DNA of 64,000 bases, taken from assembly GCA_965226495.1 (NCBI GenBank), contig OZ245365.1:448001-512000 (forward strand), written 5' to 3'. Under the pieces are notes generated by a model. That model was not told the origin of the DNA. It ran no database searches and worked only from the letters and a program-made list of their open reading frames with translations. A program made the translations under genes and the position numbers. Positions 58,953-64,000 of this stretch are shown here, piece after piece. This DNA comes from Candidatus Marinacidobacterales bacterium (GTDB lineage Bacteria; Acidobacteriota; Vicinamibacteria; Marinacidobacterales; DATDRI01). The stretch's first letter is position 1; every line of letters begins with the position of its first letter.

Positions 58953-60152
58953 ATGGTAAGAGGCCATTTGCTACGAGGGCACCTCGATATTTGCCATAAG
59001 GAAGGTGGTCAGCTTGAGCTTCTCGGTTGGGTCTTTCACGAGACCGAACGGTTGACTCATGTTTCTGTTCTGGTGGATTCGGTCGAATGGGTCTCCGATT
59101 TGGAATTGCGAGAAGATCGTCCCGATGTGCAAAAGATATTTCACCAGTGTCGAACCGCGTCTCGATGTAGCATCAAGGTCGTTGCACCGGCAGGCAGTGT
59201 GGAGCTGGAAGATTCCAGGACAGTCATATCGTTTGTCGCGAAGCAGGGGGAACGGGAGATTGGGAACATCGATTTACTTTACTGCGACCCAGCCCTAGAA
59301 ACGCGGACGCCTCCATTGCCTCCGCAGGTGCTGAGGGAGCGGGTTCGCGGTACTGGCGCACGCGACGCGGAATTCCTTCAAAATGGCTGGCGCATCTACT
59401 CGGATCTCCGCCGTGTTCTCGACCGTCACAGCAGGGTCGAGGATTTCGGGCGCATACTCGATTGGGGTTGCGGCTGCGGCCGTGTCTCCCGTCACTTCAT
59501 GAATGCGGTGCCCCATTCCAGTTTCTTTGGCTGCGACATCGACAGCGATGCCATCGACTGGATGGAGCAGGTCTACCCGACGTCCCGGTTCGATGCCATT
59601 CGACCCCTTCCTCCCACCCCTTACCAGAACGAATTCTTCGACTTGGTCTACGGCGTCTCCATTCTTACCCATCTCGATGAGGCCACCCAGTTCCGGTGGC
59701 TCGATGAGCTTCGGCGCATCATTACCAAGGACGGTGTTGTCGCGGTCTCGATCCTTGACGAATCATCGTGTCCAACCGAATTGCTCCCGCTGGTGAAAGC
59801 GAAGGGCTTCTTTGATGAGCCAAGTCGACAGAGCGCTGACTTTGCCCCTTTCTCGGACGAGGACTACTACCGAGCGACCTATCACAGCAAAGCTTATGTC
59901 ATGGAACGATGGTCGAAAGGCTTCGAAATCCTCGAGTATGTGGAGGGGGGAATCGTATCCCACCAGTCGCTGGTCCTTATGCGCCGGCGGGACGAGGGTT
60001 CGAGTGTGGATGTGTCTCGCGAGGTTGAGTGGCGGGGAAAAACAAGCGCCCTCGAGTCATTAAGGATCTTCTATTGCCTAACTTGGTATCGCGTCCGGCG
60101 TCTTCTTGGAAGGCTGTGGAGGAAGCTCGGCTGGGCTCGAGAGCATCCATAA
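58953..60152 (+). CDS. class I SAM-dependent methyltransferase (surface-glycan-associated type)
   Basis: ILDWGCGCGR, GCDID, FDLVYGVSILTHL, WLDELRR; N-terminal 'LGW..RPDV' domain. Confidence 0.85.
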   Translation: MVRGHLLRGHLDICHKEGGQLELLGWVFHETERLTHVSVLVDSVEWVSDLELREDRPDVQKIFHQCRTASRCSIKVVAPAGSVELEDSRTVISFVAKQGEREIGNIDLLYCDPALETRTPPLPPQVLRERVRGTGARDAEFLQNGWRIYSDLRRVLDRHSRVEDFGRILDWGCGCGRVSRHFMNAVPHSSFFGCDIDSDAIDWMEQVYPTSRFDAIRPLPPTPYQNEFFDLVYGVSILTHLDEATQFRWLDELRRIITKDGVVAVSILDESSCPTELLPLVKAKGFFDEPSRQSADFAPFSDEDYYRATYHSKAYVMERWSKGFEILEYVEGGIVSHQSLVLMRRRDEGSSVDVSREVEWRGKTSALESLRIFYCLTWYRVRRLLGRLWRKLGWAREHP

Positions 60153-60183
60153 GGTGAGACCAACCTTTCATGCCACTCCGACC

Positions 60184-60279
60184 CGCCTTCTATCGACATC
60201 CGCGCTTGGGATCGCGGTGGGTGAGATTCGGTGGGAATCTGCCGACGGGTCCTGATTAAGGCAACTCGAAGTGTTCTAG
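60184..60279 (+). repeat. direct repeat copy 2 (frameshifted ligase 3' end plus functional E2 3' end)
   Basis: CGCCTTCTATCGAC..TTGGGATCGCGGTGGGTGAGATTCG..TCCTGATTAAGG..AACTCGAAGTG.TCTAG. Confidence 0.85.
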
Positions 60280-61728
60280 ATTCAATCTGACGCGCTCGAT
60301 GAATTGAAACCCGGTGGCTCCATCGATGATGCGGTGGTCGAGCGTCAGAGCGAGGACCATGATGGGCCGGATGCCGATCGCATCCTCGATAACCACAGGT
60401 TTCTTCTGGATGGCTCCGAGGCCCAGAATTGCCACCTGGGGCTGAACGATCATCGGGGTTCCGGTGAGGCCCCCGAACATGCCGGGGTTGGTGACGGTGA
60501 AGGTCGCCCCCTGCACTTCGTCGACGGAGAGCTCTTTGTTACGGGCGCGGGTGGCGACGTCGTGCATAGCGCGGGCCAAGCCCACGAAATTCATCTCATC
60601 GGCGTTATGAATGACGGGGACGATGAGTCCCTCGTCGAGGGCGACCGCGATTCCAAGATGGACGTGCTTTTTCATCACGATCTTCCCGGGTAGCGCCGAG
60701 GCATTGAAGATGGGGAACTCCTTGATGGCCTTGATGGTAGCTTCGGCCACGAAGGGGAGAAAGGTGAGAGGAACTCCCTCGGCGGCCTCGAAGTCGCCTT
60801 TGTGCTCATTGCGGTAAGTGACGATGCGATGCATGTCGCATTCGCTGAAAGACGTCACCTGAGCCGAGATCCGCTGGCTCCACATCATGTGCTCGGCGAT
60901 CTTCTTGCGCATCGTGCTCATGGGCACGATGGTGTCTTCGGGCTCGGGTTTATAGAGATACTCCTTGGGAGTCTCGTCGGTCTCGCGCGCCGCGGGTAGC
61001 GCCTCCGCGGGTGGGGCGGGGACCAAAGCCTGAGGCGGGTAAGGCGACGGCACGGCGAAGGGATTCGGTGCGTGCGGGTAGTAGGTCGGCGGCCAGGAGT
61101 AGGCCGCCGTTGGAGGCGGATAGCCTGGCGGCGGGCCAGCCGCGGGTTGCTGCGGAGCCGGCGGTTGAGCGTGAGCTCGCTGTTCTAGGTAGCTTCTCAC
61201 ATCCTTTTTGCGGATGCGGCCACCGATTCCGGTTCCGGGAATCCTTAGGAGCTCTTCCATCGGGATCTGGTTGTCGGCGGCCAGAGCCAGGACCGCTGGC
61301 GACAAGGTGCCTTTCTTTTCTCCTGTGCTTGCAGTTGGCCGACTCGGGGCAGCCTGTCTTCTTTGAAACGTTGTGGGCCTGTGCGGCTCACTGAAATGCC
61401 CGCTGTCCGAGCCACCACCGGAGGGCGGGGCGTCTTCCTTTGCTTCTCTGGAAGGCGTTTCAGGTGCCGGCACGGTTTCTGACGCCGCACCACCTGAACC
61501 GATGACGCCGACCACGGTCTCGACGGCGACGGTCTCGCCTTCTTGAACGAGGATCTTCTCGAGGACGCCCGCCGCGGGTGCAGGGATTTCGGTGTCGACT
61601 TTATCGGTCGAGATCTCGAACAACGGCTCGTCCCGCTCGACTCTTTCTCCTACCTTCTTGTACCACTTGGTGACCGTTCCTTCGGAAAGGCTTTCGCCCA
61701 TCTGGGGCATGACAACGGGTGTTGGCAT
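60256..61728 (-). CDS. 2-oxoacid dehydrogenase E2, dihydrolipoamide acyltransferase
   Basis: Lipoyl STDKVDTEI, E3-binding GTGIGGRIRKKDV, catalytic DHRIIDG. Confidence 0.9.
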   Translation of the reverse strand: MPTPVVMPQMGESLSEGTVTKWYKKVGERVERDEPLFEISTDKVDTEIPAPAAGVLEKILVQEGETVAVETVVGVIGSGGAASETVPAPETPSREAKEDAPPSGGGSDSGHFSEPHRPTTFQRRQAAPSRPTASTGEKKGTLSPAVLALAADNQIPMEELLRIPGTGIGGRIRKKDVRSYLEQRAHAQPPAPQQPAAGPPPGYPPPTAAYSWPPTYYPHAPNPFAVPSPYPPQALVPAPPAEALPAARETDETPKEYLYKPEPEDTIVPMSTMRKKIAEHMMWSQRISAQVTSFSECDMHRIVTYRNEHKGDFEAAEGVPLTFLPFVAEATIKAIKEFPIFNASALPGKIVMKKHVHLGIAVALDEGLIVPVIHNADEMNFVGLARAMHDVATRARNKELSVDEVQGATFTVTNPGMFGGLTGTPMIVQPQVAILGLGAIQKKPVVIEDAIGIRPIMVLALTLDHRIIDGATGFQFIERVRLNLEHFELP

Positions 61729-61742
61729 CCTTCGTATTCTCC

Positions 61743-62717
61743 TCAGTAATCCAAAAGCTCACGAGCGGCGGTCTCGATCTTTTCTGTGCTTGGCAAGACG
61801 GCGTCTTCGAGTGGCGGGCTAAAAGGCACCGGAACGTCGAGCGATCCGATGCGCTTGACGGGTGCATCGAGGGACTCGAAGGCCTCCTCGACGATGATCG
61901 CCGCGACTTCGCCGCCGAAGCCCGATGTCAGGTGTGCCTCGTGAACGACGAGAGCCTTCGATGTTTTGCGCACGCTTTCGAGGAAACATTCTTTGTCGAG
62001 CGGGACCAAGGTGCGGAGATCAATGACTTCGCACTCGGCGCCCTCCTCGGAAAGTTTTTCCGCTATTTCGAGGCATTCGTGGACCATGGAACCATAAGTA
62101 ATGATGGTGAGGTCGTCACCCTCGCGTTTCACGTCCGCGACCCCGATGGGCACCTCGAAGTCCTCTTCCGGAACGTCCTCGCGGACCCTTCGGTAAAGGT
62201 GTTTGTGCTCGAAGTAGATCACCGGGTTGTTGTCGCGGATGGCTGCCTTGAGAAGACCCTTGGCGTCATAGGGAGTCGAGGGTTGTACGACCTTGAGCCC
62301 TGGGACGTGAGTGAACCAGGCCTCAGGGTTTTGAGAATGAAAGGGGCCGCCTCGGAACCCTCCGCCCGAGGGGCCGCGGAAGACGACTGGCATCGGAATG
62401 CCCCAACGGTAATGGCACTTGGCGGAGAAATTCACAATCTGATCGAAGGCGCAGGCGATGAAGTCGGCGAACTGAAACTCGACCACGGGCCGGAAGCCCT
62501 CGATCGCAGCACCGCAGGCGACGCCGACGAAGCCCGATTCCGAGATCGGAGTATCGATGACGCGTTCTTCTCCGAACTCATCGAGGAAACCTTTCGTGAT
62601 ACGGAAGGCTCCACCAAAGACTCCGATGTCTTCACCCATGAGAAAAACGGTCGGATCGCGGCGCATCTCTTCACGGAGAGCGTGGCTGATGGCATCTAGG
62701 TACGTTATGACAGGCAT
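61743..62717 (-). CDS. 2-oxoacid dehydrogenase E1 beta subunit
   Basis: MGEDIG..GG.F, DTPISE, QFADF, HSQ, FEHK; start reassigned to ATG 62717. Confidence 0.9.
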   Translation of the reverse strand: MPVITYLDAISHALREEMRRDPTVFLMGEDIGVFGGAFRITKGFLDEFGEERVIDTPISESGFVGVACGAAIEGFRPVVEFQFADFIACAFDQIVNFSAKCHYRWGIPMPVVFRGPSGGGFRGGPFHSQNPEAWFTHVPGLKVVQPSTPYDAKGLLKAAIRDNNPVIYFEHKHLYRRVREDVPEEDFEVPIGVADVKREGDDLTIITYGSMVHECLEIAEKLSEEGAECEVIDLRTLVPLDKECFLESVRKTSKALVVHEAHLTSGFGGEVAAIIVEEAFESLDAPVKRIGSLDVPVPFSPPLEDAVLPSTEKIETAARELLDY

Positions 62718-62728
62718 TTCGATGGCTC

Positions 62729-63784
62729 TCAGGGAGCGAAGAGTCCTTGGGTTACGGTGCTCGGGTCGGGATAGGGTAGGGCCTCCGCGTATTCGACGGC
62801 TTCGTCCATGCTCCCTTTGCAATCGGCATCGATCGCCTCGATCTCTTCTTTGGGGAAGCCACCCTTGCCGAGGAGGTATTTGGTGTAGAGGTCGACCGGG
62901 TCCCGCGCTTCCCAGTACTCGCGCATTTCTTTGGGAACGTAAGAGGCGTCGTCGTGCTCTCCGTGTCCACGCTGGCGAAACGTCTTGTACTCGACGAGGT
63001 ACGGGCCGTTGCCGGCCCGCGCGTGGTCGATGGCGCGGCGAGCGGCCTGGATCACGGTGAAAATGCAATTGCCGAAGGCGATCTCGCAAGGAATGTTGAA
63101 AGCGGGGGCCCGGTCGGCGACGTTTTCGACTGGCATCTGCCGTTCGTTGCCTGTCGAGTAACCGAAATGGTTGTTCTCGACGATGACGACGAGGGGTAAT
63201 TTGTGAATGGCGGCGAAGTTCAGGCCCTCGTAGAAATCTCCCGGGCTCGTGGCACCGTCGCCGGTGAAAGCGACGTAGACCCGCGGCTCTTTCCGCATCT
63301 TGAAGGCAAGCGCGAAGCCCGCGCCGGACGGAATCCAGGAAGCCATCGAGCCATTGTGATAGGGGGCGATGCCGAAGTTATTGAGATCGGCGAGAAAGAG
63401 TCCGAGGTCCCGGCCGTGACAAGGCTGCTCGTCTTTTCCGAGCCACCGGGCGAGAACGTGCTTGGGCTCGACGCCGCGGTAGAACCACGCCGCAAGGTTT
63501 CGGCCGACGGTACTAAGGTAGTCATCCTTATTAAGGATGCTCGTGACCCCGGTGCAGATGGCCTCCTGGCCCATTCCCAAGTAGACGGCTCCCACCACGC
63601 GGCCCTGGCGGTAGAGCGATGCGAGTCGGTGCTCGAACGTCCGGCTCATGCGCATCGCTCGGTAGAGCTTGATGAGGTCTTCGCGGGAGAGGGTGAGGGA
63701 GCCGGGGTCGAGCTCGGTGCGGTCCATCTCGGGATCGAGCGGCTTGAACTTCCAGCTCAGGGTCTTGGCTTTGGTGGTCCCCAT
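62729..63784 (-). CDS. 2-oxoacid dehydrogenase E1 alpha subunit
   Basis: GQEA, GDGA..ENN TPP motif, R..GH; GAGGAG RBS before ATG 63784. Confidence 0.9.
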   Translation of the reverse strand: MGTTKAKTLSWKFKPLDPEMDRTELDPGSLTLSREDLIKLYRAMRMSRTFEHRLASLYRQGRVVGAVYLGMGQEAICTGVTSILNKDDYLSTVGRNLAAWFYRGVEPKHVLARWLGKDEQPCHGRDLGLFLADLNNFGIAPYHNGSMASWIPSGAGFALAFKMRKEPRVYVAFTGDGATSPGDFYEGLNFAAIHKLPLVVIVENNHFGYSTGNERQMPVENVADRAPAFNIPCEIAFGNCIFTVIQAARRAIDHARAGNGPYLVEYKTFRQRGHGEHDDASYVPKEMREYWEARDPVDLYTKYLLGKGGFPKEEIEAIDADCKGSMDEAVEYAEALPYPDPSTVTQGLFAP

Positions 63785-63914
63785 GTCGGGCTCCTCGAAG
63801 TCGGCCGCAGGTCGCGGCGCTAAAGCCAGGAGAGTATAGCACTCTCGATGGAGAGCCCGGAACATGGGTGCGCGGGCGAGCAGACTGCGGCGGGAAAGGA
63901 GGGAGGGGTGAAAC

Positions 63915-63946
63915 GGAGGACGGGTTGGGGGGCCCGTCCGTCCTCC
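63915..63946 (-). terminator. GC-rich hairpin after an upstream minus-strand gene
   Basis: GGAGGACGG/CCGTCCTCC stem just downstream of the TAA at 63955-63957; short U-tract only. Confidence 0.4.
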
Positions 63947-63954
63947 AAGTTTGG

Positions 63955-64000
63955 TTAGCAGCGGCTAAACATGTCGAACCAAGCGGTTTCCTTGCCACCG
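63955..64000 (-). CDS. 3' end of unidentified upstream gene (partial)
   Basis: Open frame GGKETAWFDMFSRC* followed by a hairpin. Confidence 0.3.
   Translation of the reverse strand, partial: GGKETAWFDMFSRC

Noticed and set aside
62718-63089. E1 beta N-terminal extension or an alpha-beta fusion
   Set aside because: It overlaps E1 alpha in another frame; alpha has its own stop and beta homology starts at MPVITY

Overview
GC-rich bacterial chromosomal window. Gene content and repeat style suggest an Acidobacteriota-like genome (inference). I saw no rRNA, tRNA, CRISPR array, transposase or prophage gene. Most of it is housekeeping or metabolic: the end of a pil/T2SS-like operon, aminotransferases, paaK, redox enzymes, purine deaminases, a sulfite dehydrogenase pair, gpgS-like, and 2-oxoacid dehydrogenase E1a/E1b/E2. 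Four regions stand out. (1) A minus-strand cluster at 18.8-24.0 kb encodes a DUF2064 transferase, a flavoprotein, a radical SAM enzyme, a metallophosphoesterase, an ArsM-like methyltransferase and a PiT remnant. It looks like an uncharacterised organoarsenic or metalloid pathway. Its first gene ends in a RAPP arrest-like motif followed by a possible four-segment RNA switch over the next RBS. (2) A 14-kb tandem array holds five receptor-like Ser/Thr kinase-TM-TolB_N-like-TPR paralogues, with homogenised N-terminal halves and diverged TPR halves. (3) The fifth paralogue and an O-antigen-ligase-like gene meet head-to-head and both lack 5' ends. (4) A methyltransferase gene sits between two ~97-bp copies of the ligase/E2 convergent gene ends. 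Several REP/MITE-like repeat families are also present. All product calls come from motif recognition, not database searches.
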